A stretch of 64,000 nt of DNA from positions 83,762,001 through 83,826,000 of the forward strand of contig NC_043001.1 of assembly GCF_006345805.1 (NCBI RefSeq), given 5' to 3'. The DNA is from Octopus sinensis (lineage: Eukaryota). The notes under the pieces were generated by a model. The model saw only the letters and a program-made list of their open reading frames with translations. It was not told where the DNA came from and ran no database searches. Shown one piece after another: positions 25,062 to 37,244 of the stretch (position 1 is its first letter; the number at the start of each line of letters is the position of its first letter). Both the position numbers and the translations under genes were made by a program.

Positions 25062-25553
25062 GGATCTTTTCGGTTTGAACGGCAGTTTTTAAAAATAATT
25101 TCCACGTAAGGCGTAGGAGTGGTTGTGTGTTAAGTAGCTGAGGCGCAGGAGTGGCTGTGTGGTAAGTAGCTTGCTAACCAACCACATGGTTCCGGGTTCA
25201 GTCCCACTGCGTGGCATCTTGGGCAAGTGTCTTCTGCTATAGCTCCGGGCCGACCAATGCCTTGTGAGTGGATTTGGTAGACAGAAACTGAAAGAAGCCT
25301 GTCGTATATATGTATATATATATATATATATATATAAGTGTGTGTGTATATGTTTGTGTGTCTGTGTTTGTCCCCCTAGCATTGCCTGACAACCGATGCT
25401 GGTGTGTTTACGTCCCCGTAACTTAGCGGTTCGGCAAAAGAGACCGATAGAATAAGTACTGGGCTTACAAAGAATAAGTTCCGGGGTCGATTTGCTCGAC
25501 TAAAGGCGGTGCTCCAGCATGGCCGCAGTCAAATGACTGAAACAAGTAAAAGA

Positions 25554-25594
<41 letters not shown>

Positions 25595-25979
25595 ACTAAA
25601 CACTTTAAAACTTCGTATACTGGTAGAATGTGTTTATAAAACATCTTTTTCTCTTGGCTTTATTGAGAAAATTCTATAGTTTGTAAGATATTTGTTGTTT
25701 TTTTTCGTCAATTTCTGCAATTTCAACCAGTCAATGACGTCCATTGAGGTAAAAAACATTCTGTGTCGTATGAATATGTCCCTCGTTTAAGAAACAGATT
25801 AGGTTTATTTACGTTTGTGAAGAAAAAAGATACCATACCCCTAACCCTAACCTTAACCCTGACTAACCCTAACCCTAAAACAGATTGAAATGCAATAGAT
25901 CGATACTAGGGTCATAATTATGGGTGACAATTTCATATGACACCGCTAGAAAAAACTGCCGTTCAAACCGAAAAGATCC
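25062..25979. mobile_element. MITE with perfect 28-bp TIRs, internal CCCTAA repeats and a nested SINE B
   Basis: GGATCTTTTCGGTTTGAACGGCAGTTTT ... AAAACTGCCGTTCAAACCGAAAAGATCC. Confidence 0.9.
25110..25592 (+). mobile_element. SINE B nested in MITE, with a duplicated head
   Basis: Full consensus; ends in (GA)n. Confidence 0.9.
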
Positions 25980-26486
25980 AAAGATATGTAAATAATATCC
26001 GAAAGATATGTAAATAAACACGGAGATAGAGGAGGAGAGTGAAAGAGGTGAAGGAGTAAGAAAAAAGAGCGAGAGAGAAAGGGAAGATAGAAGTTTAGGA
26101 ATAAACAAGAGAGTGAAAGTTATATAAATATAGAGAGAAAAAGAGAGAGAGGGACAGAGACTAGAAGAGAGAGGCATAAGAAAATTGTGGAAAAGAACAC
26201 AGAAAGCGAAAGAGTGGAGTACAGAGGGAGATAGAGAGAGGGAGAAAGTAAAATATGTGTAAAGAATACGGAGAGAAAGAGGCCTGGATAGAGAGGGAGG
26301 GAGGTAAAGAGAGAGAGAAAGGAAATACGGAAAGAGACAAGAAGAAAGAGGGATGTGAAATGTGTGTGTGAGACAGAGAGAGAAAGTGAAAGATATTAGA
26401 TAGAAGCAAAGACAAAGCGAGAGAAAAAGGAAGATAAAGCTAGAAAAAGATAAAGATAGAAAAATAAGGAACAGAGAGAGAGAGGG

Positions 26487-26541
<55 letters not shown>

Positions 26542-26911
26542 AGAGAGAATGATGATGATGGTGGTAGTGGTAGTAGTGGTGGTGGTGGTGAAAAAGAAAG
26601 CGAGATGTTGGAGTAAGAAAAAGAAGGTGGAGAAAGGACTGAAAAAGTGAACGATCGAAGTAGAAAGAGAGATATACAAAGAGAGATAGAATGCGAGGGC
26701 GTGAAAATAAAATAACAATGAAAAAAGGGAGTGAAAGATAGGAGATAGAGAGAGGAGAGTGAAAGAGGTGAAGGAGTAAGAAAAAAGAGCGAGAGAGAAA
26801 GGGTGGATAGAAGTTTAGGAATAAACAAGAGAGTGAAAGTTATGTAAAGATAGAGAGAGAAAAAGAGAGAGAGAGGGACAGAGACTGGAAGAGAGAGGCA
26901 TAAGAAAATTG

Positions 26912-27399
26912 GGATCTTTTCGGTTTGAACGGCAGTTTTTAAAAATAATTTCCACGTAAGGCGTAGGAGTGGTTGTGTGTTAAGTAGCTGAGGCGCAGGA
27001 GTGGCTGTGTGGTAAGTAGCTTGCTAACCAACCACATGGTTCCGGGTTCAGTCCCACTGCGTGGCATCTGGGCAAGTGTCTTCTGCTATAGCTCCGGCCG
27101 ACCAATGCCTTGTGAGTGGATTTGGTAGACAGAAACTGAAAGAAGCCTGTCGTATATATGTATATATATATATATATATATATAAGGTGTGTGTATATGT
27201 TTGTGTGTCTGTGTTTGTCCCCTAGCATTGCCTGACAACCGATGCTGGTGTGTTTACGTCCCCGTAACTTAGCGGTTCGGCAAAAGAGACCGATAGAATA
27301 AGTACTGGGCTTACAAAGAATAAGTTCCGGGGTCGATTTGCTCGACTAAAGGCGGTGCTCCAGCATGGCCGCAGTCAAATGACTGAAACAAGTAAAAGA

Positions 27400-27442
<43 letters not shown>

Positions 27443-27824
27443 ACTAAACACTTTAAAACTTCGTATACTGGTAGAATGTGTTTATAAAACATCTTTTTCT
27501 CTTGGCTTTATTGAGAAAATTCTATAGTTTGTAAGATATTTGTTGTTTTTTTTCGTCATTTCTGCAATTTCAACCAGTCAATGACGTCCATTGAGGTAAA
27601 AAACATTCTGTGTCGTATGAATATGTCCCTCGTTTAAGAAACAGATTAGGTTTATTTACGTTTGTGAAGAAAAAAGATACCATACCCCTAACCCTAACCT
27701 TAACCTGACTAACCCTAACCCTAAAACAGATTGAAATGCAATAGATCGATACTAGGGTATAATTATGGGTGACAATTTCATATGACACCGCTAGAAAAAA
27801 CTGCCGTTCAAACCGAAAAGATCC
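26912..27824. mobile_element. Duplicate of the GGATC-TIR MITE plus SINE B
   Basis: Second copy within the 1.85-kb duplication. Confidence 0.9.
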
Positions 27825-28559
27825 AAAGATATGTAAATAATATCCGAAAGATATGTAAATAAACACGGAGATAGAGGGAGGAGAGTGAAAGAGGTGAAGG
27901 AGTAAGAAAAAAGAGCGAGAGAGAAAGGGAAGATAGAAGTTTAGGAATAAACAAGAGAGTGAAAGTTATATAAATATAGAGAGAGAAAAAGAGAGAGAGG
28001 GACAGAGACTAGAAGAGAGAGGCATAAGAAAATTGTGGAAAAGAACACAGAAAGCGAAAGAGTGGAGTACAGAGGGAGATAGAGAGAGGGAGAAAGTAAA
28101 ATATGTGTAAAGAATACGGAGAGAAAGAGGCCTGGATAGAGAGGGAGGGAGGTAAAGAGAGAGAGAAAGGAAATACGGAAAGAGACAAGAAGAAAGAGGG
28201 ATGTGAAATGTGTGTGTGAGACAGAGAGAGAAAGTGAAAGATATGTAGATAGAAGCAAAGACAAAGCGAGAGAAAAAGGAAGATAAAGCTAGAAAAAGAT
28301 AAAGATAGAAAAATAAGGAACAGAGAGAGAGAGTGGGAGCGAGAATAAAATGACAGAGATATATAGAGAAACAGGCAGAGAGTGTGAGTGAATGAAAGAA
28401 AAAAAATACATGAAATGCTAAGCGGAAGTGAAAGAGCTGCTGCAGTAGGAAAGCAGTATTGAAGCAGTACGTTTGATCTGAGCAGTTGACCGCCTTTACT
28501 AAGTTATATTCTACAACAGCGACACCAGTTAGCTGGATGTTAACGAAGCTGTGGCGGAC

Positions 28560-28650
28560 GACGAGTGTTGATTGGTGCTGCCACCAGATGACACCTGGCG
28601 CCAATCACACTAATCAACCAATGGCGGCCGACGTATGCAGCGGGACTTTA
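28560..28650. promoter_or_regulatory. Candidate promoter motif cluster (three CCAAT boxes plus a YY1-like ATGGCGGC)
   Basis: ATTGG 28571, CCAAT 28601, CCAAT 28618, ATGGCGGC 28621; CpG-rich island; motif-only evidence. Confidence 0.3.
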
Positions 28651-29548
28651 TCACTCCCTCTTCTTTCTTTTTCTTTCTCTCTTTTGCTGTCTTATCTTTC
28701 GTTTTCTCTTCCCTTTTTCTTTTCTCTTTGTTAATCCTATTCTTTTTTTTGCTTTCTTTCTCTCTTTTGCTGTCTTATCTTTCGTTTTCTCCTTCCTTTT
28801 TCTTTTCTCTTTTTTAATCATATTCTTTCTTTTGCTTTCTTTCTCTCTTTTTTTTTCTTTCTCTCTTTTGCTGTCTTATCTTTTTTTATCATATTTTTTT
28901 CTTTTGCTTTCTTTCTCTTTATCTTATACGGCTTCTTCCACGTTCTCTCTCTTTGTTTTTGTACTTTTTTTTCTCTATTTACTGTTTCTTCTTCGTTTTC
29001 ATTTGTTTCTGTTATCTATTTTCATTCTGACCTTTCTGTTTCTTTTGCTTCCTTTCTCCCTCTCTTCTCGCTCATCTCTCTATTTCTTTCTACTTCTCCA
29101 CCCAGTGTTTACTCCCTGTCTATCTCTTATTCTCTCTCTAACGCTTGCTCTGTCTATCTCTTATCTCTTCTCCCTTCTCTTTCCCCTGTCTTCTCCTCTC
29201 CGGTCACTATTCCCCCCACACAATGTTTACCCCTCTAATACCTCTTTTCCTCTCTCTTTCACTCTGTCTTCCCTCTCCGTCATTCATTACGCCTCTACAC
29301 AGTGTTCACTCCCTTTCTAACCAACTTCACTCTCACTTTTCTCTTATCTTTCTCTGTCACTCTTCTCCATACACTGCTTACTCCCTCTTTAATCTGTCTC
29401 ACTCCCTATTTCCTCTCTAATTACTTAATATGTCTCTATTCAGCTGGTTACGCTCTCACCCATTTTCTTCATCTTTACTTTCGCACGTATCGTCTGCTTT
29501 TACTTTCTCCCTCTCACCGCCCTTCCCTCTCTCTCTCTACTACTACTA

Positions 29549-29598
<50 letters not shown>

Positions 29599-29950
29599 TT
29601 TATCGCTTCCTGTATCTTTTACTTACTTTTTCATTCATACTGACTCTCAATCTCTCTCAATTTATTGTTATTTAATCTTTTTGTCTCTCTCGTTTCCTCT
29701 CTACACACATACACATATGTGCACTTTCTTTCTCTCCAATACATTCTTTATCTATCTATTCATGTCGATTCCTTTCTCTCTTTCTTTCTTTCTTTGTTTC
29801 TCTCACACAATGTCTCTTTGCTTTCTCCCCTCCCAACGTTTCTCAACATTTTTGTCACCCCATTTCTTCTTCCCCCTTCTCCCCCTCTCATTCTTTCCGT
29901 TCACTTCTCTCTAACGTTCGTCTTTTGTTTCTCTCAAAAAGAAGTTCACT
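28650..29950. repeat. CT-rich low-complexity tract
   Basis: Pyrimidine-rich plus strand. Confidence 0.85.
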
Positions 29951-30077
29951 TTTCGACCAAGAGGTTTTAGAATCAGTCTCACTGCACGGCACTTAAGGCA
30001 AGCGTCTATAACTTGGGGCCATCTAGTGCCCTGTGAGTGAATTTGTAGATGGAAGCTGGGTGGAAGCCCGTCGTCTG

Positions 30078-30141
<64 letters not shown>

Positions 30142-30599
30142 AATAATTGAGATTCAGATGAATAAGGTACTTAAGTTGAAGCACCAAAAATTAGTGCTGT
30201 ATTATCCGTACAACTTCGAAATAAGGTGAACAAAATCAAAATAAGCAACAGGATATCCAGAGGTAATGCAGTACGGCCGTTTCAAGCGACTCCATTTAAT
30301 TGAACAATGCAATCATTACATCAATTTAAATGTAGCGCTATCATCAGCTGCATAAATAAATATATAGAATTAGCTATCTATCTATTTATCTGTCTGTCTG
30401 TCTGTTTCTCTCTCTCTCCACCCATACACACAAGATGCATTCCAAAAGTTTTGAGACTTTTTTTAGTTAATTTCAAAGAAATACAAAACTCTGATCTTCT
30501 TTTCCGTCCACTATTTCTGGGACAGTCTTGGGGTTAGGTTCCTCAGGTTCTTCCTTCATAGGATCTAATGAGAATCAACCATCATTATAATTTCCGGCT

Positions 30600-30915
30600 T
30601 GACTCCCAATTATGATCAACTGACACTATGGATATGATCCAACCATGTCGTTCTTGGTCTAACCCCAGTCACTTGACGTTTGACTCAGCTTGAAGAATCC
30701 GTCCTGCGATCTTTTTCTGCGACATTCTAATCACATGTCCGTAGAACCAGAGCTGTGACCTCTCAATGCGAAGAAATAACGGCTCGAACTGGATAGATTT
30801 TCTGACCTCCAAGCTACGCCTCCTGTGAATAACATTACTCCAGATGCCATTCGGAGGAATCTCATTTCGACGGCTGGTATTTGCACTCGTACTCATTCTG
30901 TCATTACCTAACATT
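30600..30915 (-). mobile_element. RTE-clade LINE 3' fragment
   Basis: EPLFLRIERSQLWFYGHVIRM..K.AGRILQAE; related to 62060-62420. Confidence 0.75.
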
Positions 30916-33157
30916 CATGATCATACGTGAAAAGCGTAATCAAATTTCCTTAGAAATCAAACTTTCAAGATAGAAATAAATTTGCATTTTAGCAATAATT
31001 TTAACATACTTAAATAAGATGTGTTCAGCAGAATAGACAGGTCGTCAGCAAAATAAATAGCTTTCTACAAGAATGTACATACAAAAAGTAGCAACAATTT
31101 ATTGGAGCATACATAGATGAATAAAGCAGAATTCTGTAACTGAAATGTTGGGAATGTTCCGTATGTAGTGTCAAAACAAAACAGTGTACATTATGAATAA
31201 CTTGCAATGCAGTCCGGCGTTACCCGGGTGTTATGACCTTCAACCACATTGTATTAGTTGTTCCTTCCTTATGGGCAGAATCGGCACAGGTGGAATACGA
31301 AGCAAACAACTTCTTTATAAACATGTTTTTCGGTTATTTTCTGACGAACAACGTTGCAGTTTCCGTCCACCGAATTCAGTCACAAGTCTGGTTGGCCTAG
31401 GACTATAGTAGAAAACACTTGCCCAAGGAAGCATGCAGAGGGACTGAACAGGGAACCATGTGGTTGGGAAGCAAACTTCTCAACCACACAGTCATTCTTG
31501 CAACCTAATATGTGTGTATGTGTGTTTACATTTGTTGTCAAATCGAATATTGTGCTCCACTGTCTCAAAGTTTGTAGTTCATCAAGCAGAGATCTATAAA
31601 ATAAAGACTAAACCCAGAAAAATAATATTTAAAGACTTAATGGCTTCAAATTTAAGGTAACAAGATAATGAGTTCAAAACTTTATATTGAACTTCCACTC
31701 TATATGATAATAGTATATATACATTTCAGTCTACTTGACTTCCACCAATTAACAATTGTAATTTGAAGTTGAATGGTTAGCAGTAAGAAAGATGTCCAGA
31801 TTTTTTTTAAAATTATTGTTTAAAATATTCTGAGAAAAAATACTTTTTTCACCACAGCAAAACACATGCACACACACACACACACAGAGGTGAGTCTGTG
31901 GTAACTACGAATAGCAGCCAAATCTCTCTTAAATCACACCCTTTCATCAAAAGAAAGACACAGATTTACAGTATTTCAAGAAGAAAAAACAAAACGAAAA
32001 AACGTAGCAATGGGTCTGCTACATCAGAGGCAACTCTGGGCTAAACAAAACACAGGCATTAAAATATTATCTGCTAAATAATACTAATAAAGTTGACGGT
32101 GTATCTGCCATGTATTTTAAACATTTTCTCATTATGCTCTATGGAAGACATATTGTTCAGGCACAGTTGCCTCCTTTAGCTAAAGACCTCAAAAATGCGC
32201 GATCCGACCTCGTTTTCGAGGTTATTTTTGTACTATAAAAGAGTTGTGCAAAAAACATACTTTATTTGGTAACCGAAAGATTACTGAATTTTTTGCTACC
32301 TCATACGTCAAAATCGGCAACTCAGTTTTCGAATCCATAGGAACATACATGCGCGCGCGCACGTACACACACAACTCTATTTTATATATTAAGAAAATAC
32401 AAGCGAAAGAAAATATTATACGAGGAAAAAAATTCAAGAACAAAAGATTTTAAACAGCAAACATGTGCAAGTTGTGAGAATTATCTGTTGATCGACGTAT
32501 ATTACACCGACAATGATAACGATTCTATTAATAGGTGAATCACCTCTGTTTATATGACATCAACTGGTGAAGAACGTGCCAAAAATCAAGATGCAGTACA
32601 AAAACTGAATATTAATTGATGAAAATAAAAGGTATTAGGCGCAGTCATGTAATATACAGAACTGGACAGGTCGTTATGAGCCGATCTTGTGTGTAATTTT
32701 GAGAATGAAATGAAAGTCCGTTTGGTCACATATTATGCAAAACAGATCAGGATTATGAGTCATGTTTTGTGTTAGATTTTTTAAATTACAAATGTTTACA
32801 ATCTAAACGCAACAAATAAAGATCATTTAGTTGATATCCTTTCGACAATATTGGCAATGGAAATTATTGTTGTTTTGAGGGAGCTTTAACTTAGAAGTAT
32901 TTCTGATCTTAGAAGGAATTAAGTTGTAAGGTTAGATATAAATTTTATTCATGCAGTCTGTAAGTAACAATAATTTAGAATGATCGAATTATCATTGTAA
33001 ATCTAGACAAAGTTTTGACCTACCACTTTCTAGGATATTACCAGCTGATCCAAGTTTTACCACCTAATTGTGTTACATCTGTAAGATTCTATCTTATCAT
33101 CCTAAGTAGAACGATTCTACTCATTTGGCAAAAGAATGATCGGTGCGCGCGCGCGCA

Positions 33158-33193
<36 letters not shown>

Positions 33194-34903
33194 CACACTC
33201 ACATACACACATCGTATGCTTTTATCGACACCCTCGTTACCAAGCAGGCCTGGTGAAGACGTCGGCGACTAAATATTTAACGACACAGATAATTGCACGT
33301 CCCTATACCTCGCTGGTCAAAATATGCTTCCATTCTGTCCTTGATTATTGTACCCTTCTTTTCTATTCAGGCTCAAATTGTTTACCTATGTCGTCTTTCC
33401 ATCAACTTGGAAGTCTTCCGAGTGTTGCTGCCAAGATATTGTACTCTTAAACATCTGCAGTTCAGAAGTGGCCTTTCAGTTCTGTTAAGAACTTATACCC
33501 CTTTGTACAAATGTGGCAAAGACCGGTGCATCTTGAAGTAGGTGCTCACAGAGTCACCAGCTATGCTGACACGTACCTTCATTCCATCAGGGAATTTTTC
33601 AATGACTGTTTTGCCTTTTTCGGCTGCAGCTGCCATAATATGCAACACATAATAGAGATATTAAAAATCACGCAGTGCCTCGAAGTTTTTAAAAATCAGG
33701 CAAGACCTTCCACAGGACATATCCCACTCTCTCAACAGCGTTATGAATTTGCCCAAAAAGAATAACTAGTTTAGATCACTGGATACAAACGAAGTCACAA
33801 ATGTTGCATCAGTTTTCCTTCTCCTATGTCTAAACAAAGACCAGGTGTCTCTAATTCCCACCTTTTGGGTGGCTGTTGACTCTACTGCAGGGCGAAAATC
33901 ACCTTCTTTACCAAGCAGCCTGGTCTAGCTGTCGGCAACTAAACCGGCAGTCCTACCAGGCCTGCTTAGAAAGGAGGGATTGTTTGCGTTGGACATACAT
34001 ACATACATACATACATACATACATACATACATACATACAGATATGTGTGAATGAGTATGTTGGGACGCTTATTATGAATATTAGCAATACATGGTTGAAA
34101 AATACTCTGGGGGAAGCGTTCTGCGCATGCAAACTAAAAATACATTTAGATCCCAATTATGTAAAACAGTGAATTGATCAAAACAAGGGAGATAAGTCTA
34201 ATAATATCAGATAATCCAGTATGTGTGTGTGTGTGTGTGCGGTTATGATGTGAGGTTCACGTACGTAAGGTCATGGTTTCGACAGAATTGCATAGAAATG
34301 GTTTTCCCAATTCAAGGAGAGGGAATTCGACTATCCACTTTCTGGCCGACTGTTTCAATTGACTGATGAACGATTCAACGAGTTTCTCCACGAGGTTCCG
34401 CACCAATCCCCAGGGAACTGGCTTAGTAGAAGGTGCTCTCATGATACCGTCGCCCGCAGCCTTCATTCCATGCGTAAGGTCCCAAAACTTGCTCATGAAA
34501 AGTAAAGATGAAATTAAATGCGGAAAACCCCCGAATCTGTTTAACTGACAACTCAATACATAATATACATACATATACACACATAAAGCCCAAGGTGTCA
34601 CGCAGTGGGATTGAACTTGCAACCATTTGGTTGGGAAACAGATTCTTACAACAAAGTCACGCTTGTGGAGTATTGTGATCTCAGACACTTGCATGCCACT
34701 GGAACCGAGTTAAGTTCACGACCTTACGACCTCTAGAGCTCATCACATACAAATCTTGTATTGATCTACAACTGTTTAAGCCGAACCACAATCACGCGTG
34801 CATTATCATATTGGCTTCAAAAGTTATTGCCCTTCTTCTATTCCTCCTACTCCTCCTTTGACTAGCCGTAAAAAATAAAAACGCCTTCGTTACAATATAT
34901 ATA

Positions 34904-35315
34904 GGCGTAGGAATGGCTATGTGGTAAGTAGCTTGCTTACAAAACGCATGGTTCCGGATTCAGTCCCACAGCATGGCACCATGGGCAAGTGTCTTCTACT
35001 ATAGCCTCGGGCTGACCAAAGCCTTGTGACTGAATTTGGTAGACGGAAACTGAAAGAAGCCCGTCGTATATATGTATATGTATATGTATGTGTGTGTATA
35101 TGTTTGTGTGTCTGTGTTTGTCTCCCCACCATCGCTTCACAACTGATGCTGGTATGTTTACGTCCCCGTAACTTAGTGGTTCGGCCAAAGAGACCGATAG
35201 AATAAGTACTAGGCTTACAAAGAATAAGTGCTGGAGTCGATTTGCACGACTAAAGGCGGTGCTCCAGCATGACCACAGTCACATGACTGAAACAAGTAAA
35301 ACAGTAAAAGAGAAG
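34904..35315 (+). mobile_element. SINE family B
   Basis: Full consensus. Confidence 0.9.
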
Positions 35316-35326
35316 AAAAGTGTTAC

Positions 35327-35385
<59 letters not shown>

Positions 35386-35396
35386 AGTGGCGTATA

Positions 35397-35627
35397 CAGG
35401 GTTGGCCAAATGTCACCCGACAGTACATCAAAATTCCATAAATACTATCTGTAATTCTGTATTGACTCGAATGGAAAAAATGTGTCGCTCAAGGACTTCA
35501 GTTTGAACAATTTTCATGATGTTTCATATTTACATGCTTTTATTAAATTCATTCAGTTGCTAAACATAAATAAATCTTGGAATTAAATGGTTTTGATTTA
35601 CTGTCAGGTGACTTTTAGCCAGCGTTG
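35397..35627. mobile_element. Tc1/mariner-type MITE
   Basis: TA flanks; TIR CAGGGTTGGCCAAATGTCACCCGACAGTA vs CAACGCTGGCTAAAAGTCACCTGACAGTA. Confidence 0.75.
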
Positions 35628-35883
35628 TATGTGTGCTAAAGTTACAATGAAAATAAGGTGTAACTGAAGAAGGTGAATGACTGAAACAGATTATGACACC
35701 ACAGGCAGGTTTTGGAGCTGGTGAGTCATCAGAACGACAGATGGGTTATTTCTGAAGTAAAGGGTATGAGTAAGTACCCACTTCGGGCATGAATGGCCAT
35801 AGGATTGCAGCTAGAAAGTTCCCGTCCGAGGCACAAGTCAGGGCTAAGTTGTTTATGGAAGACCAGTAGTCGCCATGCATACC

Positions 35884-36122
35884 TATTTCTTTTTCTACCC
35901 ACATGGGGCTAAACACAGAGAGGACAAACAAGGACAGACAAACGGATTAAATCGATTATATCGACCCCAGTGCGTAACTGGTACTTATTTTAATCGACCC
36001 CGAAAGGATGAAAGGCAAAGTTGACCTCGGCGGAATTTGAACTCAGAACGTAGTGGCAGACGAAATACCGCAAAGCATTTCGCCCGGCGTGTTAACGATT
36101 CTGCCAGCTCGCCGCTTTTCGC
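35884..36122 (-). mobile_element. SINE A inserted in a SINE F copy (F spans ~35770-36358)
   Basis: 11-bp TSD CCATGCATACC at 35873-35883 and 36123-36133. Confidence 0.85.
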
Positions 36123-36704
36123 CCATGCATACCAGCCTTCCACTCTCCACGTCGCCGATGTTATCTAATAGAAAGGCAAAAGCTGATACGGCTTGGCACC
36201 AGTGACGTCACAACTCATTTCTACAGTTAAGCGAACTGGAGAAAAAAATGAAATAAAGTGATTGCTCAAGAACACGACACACGGCGCGGTCCGGGAATCG
36301 AACTCAGCTTCACAATTGTAAGCCCGATGCTCTACCCACTGAGCCATGCGCCTTCACTATATCTAATGTAAATGTTAAAATAAACAATAAAAATAGACAT
36401 GTTTATTCTATCTGTTCTTTTCAATGGTCTGTGTGTATGTCCGTGATAAATGATACGTGTGAAGACTTTTTATGTAATACCGGATATCACCTCTGTTAAG
36501 AGACATATCATTTGCTTGTCTTAATAACCATTATTACAGATTTTATTTCTTGTTTAAAAAAATCTAATATATTGGGTTTCTAACAAAAGCTAATTATCCT
36601 GTAAATACCTATGCACATTTACGGGTATTATTACTATCGACTAGCCCCTTCTTCAAAATTTCAGGCTTTGTGCCTACAGTAGAAAATATTATTATTATTA
36701 TTAT

Positions 36705-37200
36705 TATAATTATTGTTATTATTGTGTGAGAGAGCAGTGCATGCCATCAAAGTGACACTAGGGTAAAATATACGAAGTCCAGTATACCCATCTGATAAGG
36801 GTACCCGTCTGATAAGGGTACACCAGGTACAAAGCATCATAACCATATGTGCACGATATGGTGATCTCTTATCAAGATAAACAGCACATGACCTTGCTGG
36901 AGGGGCCCAGTTAGAATTTTCTTCTGGTCGAGTAGCCCATCCCGCGAGAGCCCATCCCGCTCAAAAGGTCACTGAAGAAGGATTGTTTATGGATACTGAA
37001 CGAACTACCCATGTTTCCAAAGGTGAATTATCTAAACCTCCAATAATTCCTTTCAACACACGGCTATGATGCTCCCCCTCTACTTCTGCTCATGATCAGA
37101 GATGCACATATCGTCAGCCACTAAGGGTCATGCTCAACTGGTTAAAGTCAAACAACTGACAAGAAAATCTGTGTTATTGAGCAGAATATTTGCTGTAGCT
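36705..37200 (-). mobile_element. Unclassified retroposon segment (family E) with (AAT)n tail
   Basis: Inverted homologue at 37686-37975; further homology at ~61700-61880. Confidence 0.65.
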
Positions 37201-37201
37201 C

Positions 37202-37243
<42 letters not shown>

Positions 37244-37244
37244 C

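Larger units (their letters stand above)
24627..28333. repeat. ~1.85-kb tandem duplication, two copies, junctions in (GA)n
   Basis: Copy 1 ~24627-26470, copy 2 ~26471-28333; near-identical apart from single-base indels. Confidence 0.9.

Noticed and set aside
34257-34694. 145-aa minus-strand ORF with a non-repetitive core (KFWDLTHGMKAAGDG...)
   Set aside because: Flanked by SINE-derived sequence, no recognisable domain and no convincing splice sites; could be a TE relic but is unassignable without a search.
35655-35705. GGTGTAA-CTGAAGA-AGGTGAATGACT-GAAA-CAGATTA-TGACACC hammerhead-like string
   Set aside because: Stem III and the cleavage triplet do not pair properly and stem I is mismatched next to the core; at best a decayed copy.
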